Origin: an uncultured Candidatus Saccharibacteria bacterium
GTDB taxonomy: Bacteria > Patescibacteriota > Minisyncoccia > Minisyncoccales > GWA2-38-27
Assembly (NCBI GenBank): GCA_964408385.1
Contig: CAYOZF010000001.1
Location: forward strand, 47,348 to 102,848
DNA length: 55,501 bases
Direction: 5' to 3'
The translations under genes were made by a program, and so were the position numbers. Positions 8,984 through 17,210 of the stretch are shown here, in pieces. The notes below the pieces were generated by a model, which saw only the letters and a program-made list of their open reading frames with translations, was not told the DNA's origin and searched no databases. Numbering within the stretch: the first letter of the stretch is position 1; the number at the start of each line of letters is the position of its first letter.

Positions 8984-9937
8984 TCAAGCAAGAACTACCA
9001 GAGGACGGAACGACCGGTCGTGCCAGTGATCGCCAACCGAGTAAAAGTCAACGTCAGAAAGACCACCGTAGTCAGAGTTACCACCGAAAAGACGGTTTGA
9101 AACATCCTCAAAACATTCCTCATACCATACCCGGGTATTTGTAGTGCCATCATCTTTGCGAGGCATATAAGGATACAGTTGAGGAATAACATTAGCCTCA
9201 ACAGCTGTTTCTAATCTAACTTTGTTTATCTCTACTCCGAATTCTCTGGCTAAAGCTGGCCTGATTTGTTCCTGCCATTCTTTTGCTGAAACTCCAAAAC
9301 GAGAAGTTTGGTCACCATGGTCATATCTAGCTATGCTTTCTTGTTCCCGAAGCTTAATAATTACTCCGCCGATCAAAGTATCTTGAAAAAACATTTGTTT
9401 GCCGTTTTTATAGGCTGGCTTCAGACGAGTGTCAATTAAAACAACTTGTCCATTCAGTTTAACTTGTTTAACAGGCTTTAACTCGTCATCAATCTGAAGG
9501 AAAATCTTTCCTTGGGCAACTTGCTGATAATACCAATCTTCTGGTTTTATTCTCCAGCCACGATATTCATCAGCTTGAAACATTGATATATCTGGCAGAA
9601 AATGAATTTCAAAACCTCTATTTTGCCAATGCCTTATCTGTTCAATCCCGCAATCTCGAAGCGTTTTTCCGAAAATAGATAGATCAAATTTCTTCCCAAA
9701 GAAAGCTTCTAAGGACTTCTCTTCTTTTTTTACATAATCATCCCACCATTTTATTCCTGCCATTTCTCTGATTTTAGCAATGTTGTCTAAAATCCAACTC
9801 ATAAGCTGGCCGTCTATAAGACTGAGTCCAGCTAGTCTCCAAAACTCTGCCATATGACCACTAGTAATACCTGTTTGATTGCCCGTACTTTCCGAACAAC
9901 CCACGACAATTCTTTTTTTCTTATCTTTTCTAGCCAT
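8984..9937 (-). CDS. Hypothetical protein (317 aa), compositional outlier
   Basis: A long ORF with its own canonical RBS (GAAAGGAGATACGGCA-ATG) and its own terminator. It is visibly GC-richer than its neighbours and Trp-rich. No family recognised. Confidence 0.7.
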   Translation of the reverse strand: MARKDKKKRIVVGCSESTGNQTGITSGHMAEFWRLAGLSLIDGQLMSWILDNIAKIREMAGIKWWDDYVKKEEKSLEAFFGKKFDLSIFGKTLRDCGIEQIRHWQNRGFEIHFLPDISMFQADEYRGWRIKPEDWYYQQVAQGKIFLQIDDELKPVKQVKLNGQVVLIDTRLKPAYKNGKQMFFQDTLIGGVIIKLREQESIARYDHGDQTSRFGVSAKEWQEQIRPALAREFGVEINKVRLETAVEANVIPQLYPYMPRKDDGTTNTRVWYEECFEDVSNRLFGGNSDYGGLSDVDFYSVGDHWHDRSFRPLVVLA

Positions 9938-10006
9938 TGCCGTATCTCCTTTCTTTTAAAATATTGTTGATAAAAAGAACTAAAACGATACCATAATAAT
10001 ATCATA

Positions 10007-12781
10007 TTATTTTGTCTTTGTCAATAGGAAATAATACTTCTTATTGTTTATTTTAATTTCTTTGCCATCAACTTTTTCTTTGAATCTAAACTCTTTGGCT
10101 CCGACTTCTTTTTTAAACTTATTAATATTTTCTACTTTTAAAGTAGAATCAATAATAATTAAATCTTTGGGAGTCAAGCCTATCTCTTTCCTGATTTTAT
10201 TAATATTCCTAATTAATTCTCTGTATTCTCCTTCTTTTTCCAGTTTTTTGCTAATCTTAGTATTTAATTTAATTTCCTTACCAAAACTAATCTTCTTAAC
10301 ATTTACTTCATCTTTTATCAACTCTAAAAGATTATTATCTAGCTTGTCTTTAATCTTTAACTCAGCTAAAGGCTGCCTAACCTTAATCCCGGCTTCAGCT
10401 CTCTGGGCCAAAGCTGAACTTACTATCTCTCTGACCTTTTCCATTTTTTCTTCCAATACCTTATCTGTTCTTCCTGCTTCTGGCCAGTCAGAAAGATGAG
10501 CTGATTCTGGCATATTTTTTGTTTTTAAAACAGAATACATTTCTTCAGAGAAAAACGGAATCATTGGAGATATAATCTTTGTTAATTCCAAAAGCACATA
10601 ATATAGAGTCTCAATTGCTTCTTCTCTGCCCTCAGCTCCTTTGTGGAATCTCTTTCTTGATCTTCTGACATACCAAAGAGACAAGTCTTCAATAAAGAAA
10701 TTCTCTACTACTAAAACTGCACCAGCAACATTATATCTATCCAAATCCTTCTCAGTTTGTTTGATTAAGCTGTTTAGTCTGGAAATAATCCATTTGTCTA
10801 GAATGTTTTTGGAATTGAATTGCTTCTTTTTGGGAAAGTCTTGTTTTTCCACATAAGTAGTAAAAAATCCATAGACATTATAGAGAGTTAAAATCTTCCT
10901 TTTGATTTCTTCAGCTGCCTTATACCCGAATCTTAAGTCATAGACCGGATTTTGCCTCAAATACATCCACCTCATAATATCTGCCCCTATCTTCTCTACA
11001 GCATCATCAAACCAAATAGCATTGCCTTTTGATTTATGCATCTCCTCCCCTTTTTCGTCCTTAACAGAAGCATAGCCAAAAACTGTCTCCATGGGATTAA
11101 GGCCTTTTAAAACTGTACTCATTACAATTAAGGAATAAAACCAGTTCTTAAACTGCCCTGGAAAGGATTCGCAGACCAGCTCAGCTGGAAACCAATTATC
11201 AGACATTGTGGAAAAAGGAACTATGCCGGCATCAAGCCAGGGATTACCAACATCTTTAATCCTAGAAACCTCTTTGTTACACTGAGAACATTTAATTTTT
11301 ACCTCATCCACCCAAGGCCTATGAGGCGAGTGCCCTTCAAACTTATCCCAGCCAGAAACAGCTCTCTTCTTCAATTCTTCCTTAGAGCCAATAACTTCAA
11401 AATTACCGCAACCACATTCATAGATGGGCAGAGCTAATCCCCAATAGCGCTTTTTAGAAATCAGCCAATCATTCATATTCTTCAGCCAGTCCAGTTCTCT
11501 GTCCAAGCCAAATGAAGGAATCCATTTAATCTTTTTAGCAATCTTTATCAACTGACTCCTTAATTTATCCATTGAAATATACCATTCATCAACTACTCTG
11601 AAAATTAACTCTTCTTTACAACGCCAGCAGGTTGGATAACGATGAAGATATTCCTCAATCTTAAAAACCCTGTTCTTCTTTTTTAAGTTTTTGAATATAC
11701 ATTCTCTAACCTCATCAGAACCAACAAACTTCCCTGTTAATTGCCCAAACCCTTTCCGATAATTGCTTTCATCATCACTTAAATCAATAACTGGCAGTTT
11801 TAGATCTTTACTTAGCTGATAGTCTTCAGCACCGCAGCCAGGAGCAATATGAACAATGCCTGTTCCCTCTTCTGAAGTTACGTCTTTCCATAAAATGACC
11901 TTGTATTCCTTAACATCAGCGCCTTTAAATTCATCGAACAAGCCTTGGTATTTTAATCCTTGTAATTTCTTCCCTTTAAAACTTTCTATAACTTTCCCAT
12001 TCTCAATTAAATCTTTCTTCTCTTTAAGTAAGACATATACACCATCTTTGGTTTCTATCTTTACATAATCTAAATCAGGATGAACTGCTAGAGCAACATT
12101 GCCGGGCAGAGTCCAAGGAGTTGTTGTCCAAACCAGGAAATAAACATTTTTCTCATTCTTCAAAGGAAGCTTAAAATAGATTGATTTATGAGAAAGCTCT
12201 TTGTATTCTTCAGTTAAAATCTCGTGCTGGGAAATAGCTGTGCCACAACGAGGACACCAGGGAACACTATCATGGCCTTTATATAATAATCCCTTTTCCT
12301 GACAGACCTTAAGAAAATTCCAGATAGTATAATTATTATTATCAGACATTGTATAATAGGAATCATCCCAGTCCATCCACTGGCCTAATCTGATTGACTG
12401 CTCTGTTTGGATTTTAGAATATTTTAAAACCCTGTCCTTACAAGCCTGGACAAACTTACCTATTCCAAACTTCTCAATGTCTTTTTTGTTCTTAAATCCT
12501 TTTTCTTTTTCCACTTCTACTTCTACCCATAAACCCTGGCAGTCAAAACCATTCTGAAATCTCTGGTCAAAACCCTGCATTGCCTTGTATCTCTGAAATA
12601 AGTCTTTATATGTTCTTCCCCAGGCATGATGAACCCCCATAGGATTATTAGCAGTAATAGGACCATCTAAAAAAGACCATTTCTTTTTGCCTTGGTTTTT
12701 TGCCCTCAGCTTGTCAAAAGTCTTGTTCTTTTCCCAGAACTCTAGTATCTCTTTTTCTATTTTAGGCAGGTTTAAATTCAT
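10007..12781 (-). CDS. ileS: Isoleucyl-tRNA synthetase (type 2 / archaeal-eukaryal-like)
   Basis: The N-terminus GPITANNPMGVHHAWGRTYKD is the HIGH-region equivalent. It also has a CP1 editing-size insertion, EMHKSKGN in the KMSKS position, and Cys clusters. 924 aa. Confidence 0.92.
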   Translation of the reverse strand: MNLNLPKIEKEILEFWEKNKTFDKLRAKNQGKKKWSFLDGPITANNPMGVHHAWGRTYKDLFQRYKAMQGFDQRFQNGFDCQGLWVEVEVEKEKGFKNKKDIEKFGIGKFVQACKDRVLKYSKIQTEQSIRLGQWMDWDDSYYTMSDNNNYTIWNFLKVCQEKGLLYKGHDSVPWCPRCGTAISQHEILTEEYKELSHKSIYFKLPLKNEKNVYFLVWTTTPWTLPGNVALAVHPDLDYVKIETKDGVYVLLKEKKDLIENGKVIESFKGKKLQGLKYQGLFDEFKGADVKEYKVILWKDVTSEEGTGIVHIAPGCGAEDYQLSKDLKLPVIDLSDDESNYRKGFGQLTGKFVGSDEVRECIFKNLKKKNRVFKIEEYLHRYPTCWRCKEELIFRVVDEWYISMDKLRSQLIKIAKKIKWIPSFGLDRELDWLKNMNDWLISKKRYWGLALPIYECGCGNFEVIGSKEELKKRAVSGWDKFEGHSPHRPWVDEVKIKCSQCNKEVSRIKDVGNPWLDAGIVPFSTMSDNWFPAELVCESFPGQFKNWFYSLIVMSTVLKGLNPMETVFGYASVKDEKGEEMHKSKGNAIWFDDAVEKIGADIMRWMYLRQNPVYDLRFGYKAAEEIKRKILTLYNVYGFFTTYVEKQDFPKKKQFNSKNILDKWIISRLNSLIKQTEKDLDRYNVAGAVLVVENFFIEDLSLWYVRRSRKRFHKGAEGREEAIETLYYVLLELTKIISPMIPFFSEEMYSVLKTKNMPESAHLSDWPEAGRTDKVLEEKMEKVREIVSSALAQRAEAGIKVRQPLAELKIKDKLDNNLLELIKDEVNVKKISFGKEIKLNTKISKKLEKEGEYRELIRNINKIRKEIGLTPKDLIIIDSTLKVENINKFKKEVGAKEFRFKEKVDGKEIKINNKKYYFLLTKTK

Positions 12782-13362
12782 GGTTCTATAAATTGGCCTG
12801 TAGTAGCGTAAAAACCCTTATACTCTCCAAAACTATTATGTCTTTTCTTAGCCAGCTCTTTATTATTTACTTGCTTTAAGAATCCAGCTAAAAGCCAGAT
12901 AGGGTCTCCGTGGCTGACAATAAGTATCTTCTTATCCTTGTATTTTTTATCAATCTCTTTTATAAATTCAAGCACTCTTTCCTGAACATCTGTCCAGTTT
13001 TCTCCTTGAGGTGATCTTTCCAAGAATCTGTCCTTTTCTTTTGTAAAATAATCATAGTATTCAGTAATAGGTCTTCCATGGAAGATACCAAAGTCTGTAT
13101 CTATCAGTCTCTTATCGAAATTAACCTTTAACCCCAGTTCTTCAGCAATAATACTGGCAGTCTGTTCAGCTCTTTTAAAAGGAGATGAATAAATCAAATC
13201 TATGCTTTTGGTCTTTAATTCTTTAGCTACTTTTTTAATCTTTTCCTTGCCATTACCTGTCAAAGGAATAGTTGGGTTTTCTTCTTTGGAGTAAATTACA
13301 GGAATGTTTTCTTCCTGATATTTTGTCTCCCCGTGTCTTAAAAGTATATATTTATTTCTCAT
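12778..13362 (-). CDS. Histidine phosphatase family protein (phosphoglycerate-mutase-like)
   Basis: RHG motif (ILLRHGETKY) and C-terminal SHGD. There is an ATGA overlap with ileS. Confidence 0.8.
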   Translation of the reverse strand: MRNKYILLRHGETKYQEENIPVIYSKEENPTIPLTGNGKEKIKKVAKELKTKSIDLIYSSPFKRAEQTASIIAEELGLKVNFDKRLIDTDFGIFHGRPITEYYDYFTKEKDRFLERSPQGENWTDVQERVLEFIKEIDKKYKDKKILIVSHGDPIWLLAGFLKQVNNKELAKKRHNSFGEYKGFYATTGQFIEP

Positions 13363-13363
13363 A

Positions 13364-14785
13364 TTACATTTTCTCTGGAGCAGAAATACCCATTAAGTCT
13401 AGGGTATTTTTTAAGGTGTTTTTAACTGCTAATATTAAGCCTAATCTGGCTTGGGTTAGTTTTTTATCATCAGACCCCATATCAGAACAAGTTCGATACG
13501 GGGCAGGAATAACCTGGCATTCCTGATAAAACCTGTGAAAGCTTTCAGCTAAGTCAACAGCATATTGAGGGATTCTCTGAACCTGGTAATCCTTGGCTGT
13601 GTCCTCAACAATCTCTGAAAACCTTATTAATTGTTTGGCTAAATCCAGTTCTGCTTTCTCTTCCAAGATTATCTTTCCTGGCTTAATCTTTGTTTTCTTT
13701 AAAATACTGCATATTCTGGCATAAGCATACTGAACATAATACACAGGATTTTCCTGGGATTTCTTTTTAGCTAATTTTAAATCAAAATTCAAATGGCTTC
13801 CAGCTGACCTCTGGAGGAAAAAGAATCTAGCTACATCCAGGCCGACTTCTTTGATTAATTCCTCCAAGGTTAGATAAACACCAGCTCTTTTTGACATCCT
13901 AGCTCCAGAAAGACTAACTAACTGCATAAGAGCAAAATCTATCTTTTTTTTGTCATAGCCTAGGGCTTGAGCAGCTGCTTCTATCCTCTTTATATAACCA
14001 TGATGGTCAGCTCCCCAGAAGAATATTAATCTGTCAAATCCTCTTTCAAACTTATTTCTTAAATAAGCAATATCAGAAAGAATATAGGCTTCTTTTCCGT
14101 CTGACTTTATCAATACTCTGTCCTTGTCATCCCCAAACTTAGTTGATTTAAACCATAAGGCTCCTTCTTTCTCATAAGTTAGCTTCTTCTTTTTTAAGTA
14201 ATCTAAAACTTTATTAACTCCTTTATCATAAAGACTCTTTTCAGAAAACCATTTGTCAAACTTAATCTTCAAACCTTTAGTAATAAACTTCTGATTTTCC
14301 TTCTGAATCTGGGAAACTGTTCTTTTCTCCCCTTTGTAAACACCCTTTTTAAAATCTTCTATTTGCTTGCCTCTATCATTAATATAGAACTCTCTGCAAA
14401 CATCATAGCCAGCTTTTTCCAAAACATTAGATAGAACATCTCCAGAAAATCCTCCCCTGGCATTGCCTAGAGTCAAAGGGCCAGTAGGATTAGCAGATAT
14501 AAACTCAACGTTAATCTTTTTGCCTTTTCCAATATCTTTAACCTTGTCTTCTAAATGCCTGACCAGATAATCCTTAGAAAGGAAGAAATTAATAAAACCA
14601 GAAACTACTTTAGTTTCATAGATATTGCTTTTGATTGCTTTAGCTATTTCCTGAGGATCCTTTTTAACAACCATGGCTATATTAGTAAAATAGTCGCCAT
14701 GGCTTTTCTCTCTGGGCTTCTCAACTAAAACCTCAGGAATTTTAAGTGCTTTTTTGATTATTTCTTTTATTTCATCTCTAACCAT
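13364..14785 (-). CDS. argS: Arginyl-tRNA synthetase (short; non-canonical HIGH region)
   Basis: EFISANPTGPLTLGNARGG corresponds to SANPTGPLHxGHxRG. RMSKRAG sits at the KMSKS position. The C-terminal DALR-type end is LMGISAPEKM. Confidence 0.9.
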   Translation of the reverse strand: MVRDEIKEIIKKALKIPEVLVEKPREKSHGDYFTNIAMVVKKDPQEIAKAIKSNIYETKVVSGFINFFLSKDYLVRHLEDKVKDIGKGKKINVEFISANPTGPLTLGNARGGFSGDVLSNVLEKAGYDVCREFYINDRGKQIEDFKKGVYKGEKRTVSQIQKENQKFITKGLKIKFDKWFSEKSLYDKGVNKVLDYLKKKKLTYEKEGALWFKSTKFGDDKDRVLIKSDGKEAYILSDIAYLRNKFERGFDRLIFFWGADHHGYIKRIEAAAQALGYDKKKIDFALMQLVSLSGARMSKRAGVYLTLEELIKEVGLDVARFFFLQRSAGSHLNFDLKLAKKKSQENPVYYVQYAYARICSILKKTKIKPGKIILEEKAELDLAKQLIRFSEIVEDTAKDYQVQRIPQYAVDLAESFHRFYQECQVIPAPYRTCSDMGSDDKKLTQARLGLILAVKNTLKNTLDLMGISAPEKM

Positions 14786-14842
14786 TAAGTTCAGTATATC
14801 TTATTTCCTTTAAAATTTAAAGCGGGTGTTTTTTTAGCTACA

Positions 14843-14871
14843 TTGACAGACTATTTGAAAAATATTAATAT
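14843..14871 (+). promoter_or_regulatory. Sigma70-type promoter, TTGACA-17 nt-TAATAT, with the -10 box ending 6 nt before the ATG (leaderless)
   Basis: ttgaca at 14843-14848 and taatat at 14866-14871. The ATG is at 14878. Confidence 0.55.
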
Positions 14872-14877
14872 AAAATA

Positions 14878-15099
14878 ATGACTCAAAAAACTATAGAAAA
14901 ATTTAATCAAGAAATTTCTAACCTTAAAAAAGAAATGGAAATACTCCGCTCTTTTCTTATTGGAGCTTTAGCTAAAGATCTAGAAGGAGATTATAGGCCA
15001 GATTTTGTTAAAAAAATTCTTCAACTTTCTGAAAAGAAAGCAGATTTTACTTTTAAAAACGCTAAAAACTTCCTCCAAGAAATCCAAAAAAGTTCATGA
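14878..15099 (+). CDS. Putative antitoxin (73 aa) of a type II TA pair
   Basis: Small ORF overlapping the toxin gene by ATGA. The call rests on position; no fold recognised. Confidence 0.5.
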   Translation: MTQKTIEKFNQEISNLKKEMEILRSFLIGALAKDLEGDYRPDFVKKILQLSEKKADFTFKNAKNFLQEIQKSS

Positions 15100-15359
15100 T
15101 TTCATTAATCTATAGTAAGCGTTTTCTTAAATCGGCTAAAAGACTTCCTAAGAAAATTAAAGCAAGACTAGCTGAACAATTAGAACTTCTTCAAAAAAAT
15201 CCCTTTCATCCGTCCCTACACACTAAATCTTTAATTGGTCCATTGGTTGGATTTTATTCATTTAGAATTACTCGTGATTGGCGAGTGATTTTTAAATTTG
15301 AAGATCCTGAAATTATAAAATTAATTGAAATTGGAAATCGTAAAGATATTTATAGATAA
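15096..15359 (+). CDS. RelE/ParE-superfamily (RelE/StbE/YafQ-like) mRNA interferase toxin
   Basis: 87 aa. KRFLKSAKRLPKKIK...NPFHPSLHTKSL...FYSFRITRDWRVIFKFED..IIKLIEIGNRKDIY is the typical RelE/ParE-fold pattern. Confidence 0.75.
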   Translation: MISLIYSKRFLKSAKRLPKKIKARLAEQLELLQKNPFHPSLHTKSLIGPLVGFYSFRITRDWRVIFKFEDPEIIKLIEIGNRKDIYR

Positions 15360-15363
15360 ATCT

Positions 15364-15813
15364 ATGAAGATATTGGCAGTAAACAGAAAAGCGAGATTTG
15401 ATTATGAAATCCTGGAAAAATTTGAAGCAGGATTGGTTTTAACCGGCCAAGAGGTAAAATCTATAAGATTAGGCAGAATGAGCTTAAAAGCCTCTTATGT
15501 TGTTCTAAGAGGAAACGAGCTTTTTCTAGTCGGAGCCAATGTTCCTCCTTATCAGCCTAAAAACGCTCCTGCTGACTACAATGCAGAAAGATCAAGAAAG
15601 CTCCTTCTAAACAAAGCAGAAATAAAACAGCTTATTGGGGAAACAAAGGAAAAAGGCTTGACTTTAATCCCCTTGAAAGCTTATACTAAATATGCTAAAA
15701 TAAAGCTTGAGTTCGGAATAGGTAAAGGAAAGAGAAAAGCTGATAAAAGAGAAACTATTAAAAAAAGACAAGCTCAAAGAGAAATTGAAAGAGAGCTAAA
15801 AACACGGGGATGA
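15364..15813 (+). CDS. smpB: SsrA-binding protein SmpB
   Basis: MKILAVNRKARFDYEILEKFEAGLVLTGQEVKSIR. The ATG at 15364 is preferred; the track start at 15325 is a TTG inside the toxin gene. Confidence 0.93.
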   Translation: MKILAVNRKARFDYEILEKFEAGLVLTGQEVKSIRLGRMSLKASYVVLRGNELFLVGANVPPYQPKNAPADYNAERSRKLLLNKAEIKQLIGETKEKGLTLIPLKAYTKYAKIKLEFGIGKGKRKADKRETIKKRQAQREIERELKTRG

Positions 15814-16121
15814 CAGGATTCGAAAGAAGATTTCATTAAAAATAGTGCAAGCCGAGTATTCTCAAACCTCGCTAAACTTTGAGAAAACTCTTAATAAGTG
15901 CCAACTTATTCAAGAAACCTGCATTAGCATTTGCCTAATGCCATCCTTTTCGCCAAGTCTTGATAGGCGAATATGGGTGTCATATATCAAGATAGATAGT
16001 CCTTTCTGTCTCGAAAACTATCGAAAGAAAAGAGACAAAATCCTGTTCAATTTGAACTAAGCTTGTAGACCTATCTTAATTAAACTTCTTCACGAGGGTT
16101 CAACCCCCTCCATCTCCACCA
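15806..16121 (+). ncRNA. ssrA: tmRNA (SsrA), one-piece, CCA encoded
   Basis: The 5' end GGGGAUG pairs with CAUCUCC (16111-16117), giving a G3:U pair. The 5' region reads GGAUUCGA. The T-arm is GAGGG-UUCAACC-CCCUC and the 3' end is ACCA. The tag ORF starts at GCC 15900 and ends at TAA 15936-15938, encoding ANLFKKPALAFA. Confidence 0.93.
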
Positions 16122-16664
16122 ATGAAACAAAAATCAAGATATAAGCCAAAGACAATTCAACACAAGCCTTTGGTGAACAATAAAATAAGAGCTAAGGAAG
16201 TAAGACTAATTGATGAAACCGGAAAACAGCTTGGGGTTTTGCCTTTAGAGCAGGCAATAATGAAGGCTAAAGACAAAGAACTAGATTTAATTCAGGTAAC
16301 AGAGAAAGTTGAACCTCCAGTCTGCAAAATAATGGAGTATGGAAAATATCTTTACGCCCTGAAAAAGAAAGAAAGATCTGCCAAGCATCATAAAACAGGA
16401 GAATTAAAAGGCATTCGTTTAACCTTTAATATCTCTGAACATGATTTAGAAACCAGAGCCAAACAAGCAGAAAAGTTTCTAAAACACGGGGACAAGATAA
16501 GACTGGAAATGAAGCTAAAAGGCAGAGAAAAAGCCCACCAGGATTTAGCCAGAGAAAAAATAGACAAGTTTATTGAGAGCATTAATAAAACAATACCAGT
16601 AAACATAGAGAGAGGAATAAAAAGACAAGCCCGGGGTTTAACAATGATAATCGCAAAACAATGA
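16122..16664 (+). CDS. infC: Translation initiation factor IF-3
   Basis: IRAKEVRLIDETGKQLGV...EPPVCKIMEYGKYLY aligns to IF3. The start is uncertain: ATG 16122 directly after the tmRNA CCA, with alternatives ATT 16155, TTG 16170 and GTG 16173. Confidence 0.9.
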   Translation: MKQKSRYKPKTIQHKPLVNNKIRAKEVRLIDETGKQLGVLPLEQAIMKAKDKELDLIQVTEKVEPPVCKIMEYGKYLYALKKKERSAKHHKTGELKGIRLTFNISEHDLETRAKQAEKFLKHGDKIRLEMKLKGREKAHQDLAREKIDKFIESINKTIPVNIERGIKRQARGLTMIIAKQ

Positions 16665-16843
16665 AAACAAGAAAAGCAATAAAAAAACGCTTCAAAATAA
16701 CAAAAACTGGAAAGGTCCTAAGAAGAGCTATTGGCCAGGACCATTTCCGGGCAAAAAAGACAGGAAAACAAACCAGAAAAACCAGAAAATGGGTTAAGCT
16801 TTCTGGTCCCTTGGCTAAGAAAGTGAAAAGACTCCTAAAATAA
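16661..16843 (+). CDS. rpmI: Ribosomal protein L35
   Basis: 60-aa basic protein MKTRKAIKKRFKITKTGKV in the infC-rpmI-rplT order. There is an ATGA overlap with infC. Confidence 0.9.
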   Translation: MKTRKAIKKRFKITKTGKVLRRAIGQDHFRAKKTGKQTRKTRKWVKLSGPLAKKVKRLLK

Positions 16844-16844
16844 C

Positions 16845-17195
16845 ATGGTTAGAGTAAAAAGAGGAAAAACAGCCCATAAAAGAAGAAAGAATGTATTAAA
16901 ACATGCTAAGGGTTTTCGCTGGGGAAGAAAATCAAAGTATAAGCTGGCCAAGGATGCTTTAAAACACGCCTGGTCTTACTCCTATAGAGACAGAAGAACA
17001 AAAAAGAGAGACTTCAGAAGACTCTGGCAGACTAAAATCAGTGCTGCCTCTAAGAAGGAAGGAATAAGCTATAATAAAGTAATCAACGGATTAAAAAAGA
17101 AAAACATTAAAATAGACAGAAAAATATTAGCCGAATTAATAGAAAAACATCCCAAGATATTTGAAAAGATTATCCAAGAAATAAAGCCCCGCTGA
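16845..17195 (+). CDS. rplT: Ribosomal protein L20
   Basis: MVRVKRGKTAHKRRKNVLKHAKGFRWGR is the canonical L20 N-terminus. Confidence 0.93.
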   Translation: MVRVKRGKTAHKRRKNVLKHAKGFRWGRKSKYKLAKDALKHAWSYSYRDRRTKKRDFRRLWQTKISAASKKEGISYNKVINGLKKKNIKIDRKILAELIEKHPKIFEKIIQEIKPR

Positions 17196-17210
17196 AAAGC
17201 AGGGCTTTTT
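17183..17210. terminator. Bidirectional terminator shared by rplT (+) and the PurF-like gene (-)
   Basis: AAAGCCC-c-GC-TGAAAA-GC-a-GGGCTTTTTTT. The rplT stop codon lies in the loop. There are T-runs on both strands. Confidence 0.65.

Noticed and set aside
9050-9110. Pol-beta-type nucleotidyltransferase motif (GG-NSDYGGLS-DVD) in the 317-aa orphan
   Set aside because: The motif-like string sits about 20-30 residues from the C-terminus. This leaves no room for the third catalytic acidic residue or the rest of the fold, so it is probably a chance resemblance.
15845-16060. 71-aa ORF in the smpB-infC interval
   Set aside because: It lies entirely inside the tmRNA gene, and the RNA structure signals explain the region. 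An earlier candidate tag frame starting at GCA 15847 was also dropped. It sits only about 40 nt from the tmRNA 5' end, which leaves no room for helix 2 and pseudoknot 1. The GCC 15900 frame gives a typical tag, ANLFKKPALAFA.
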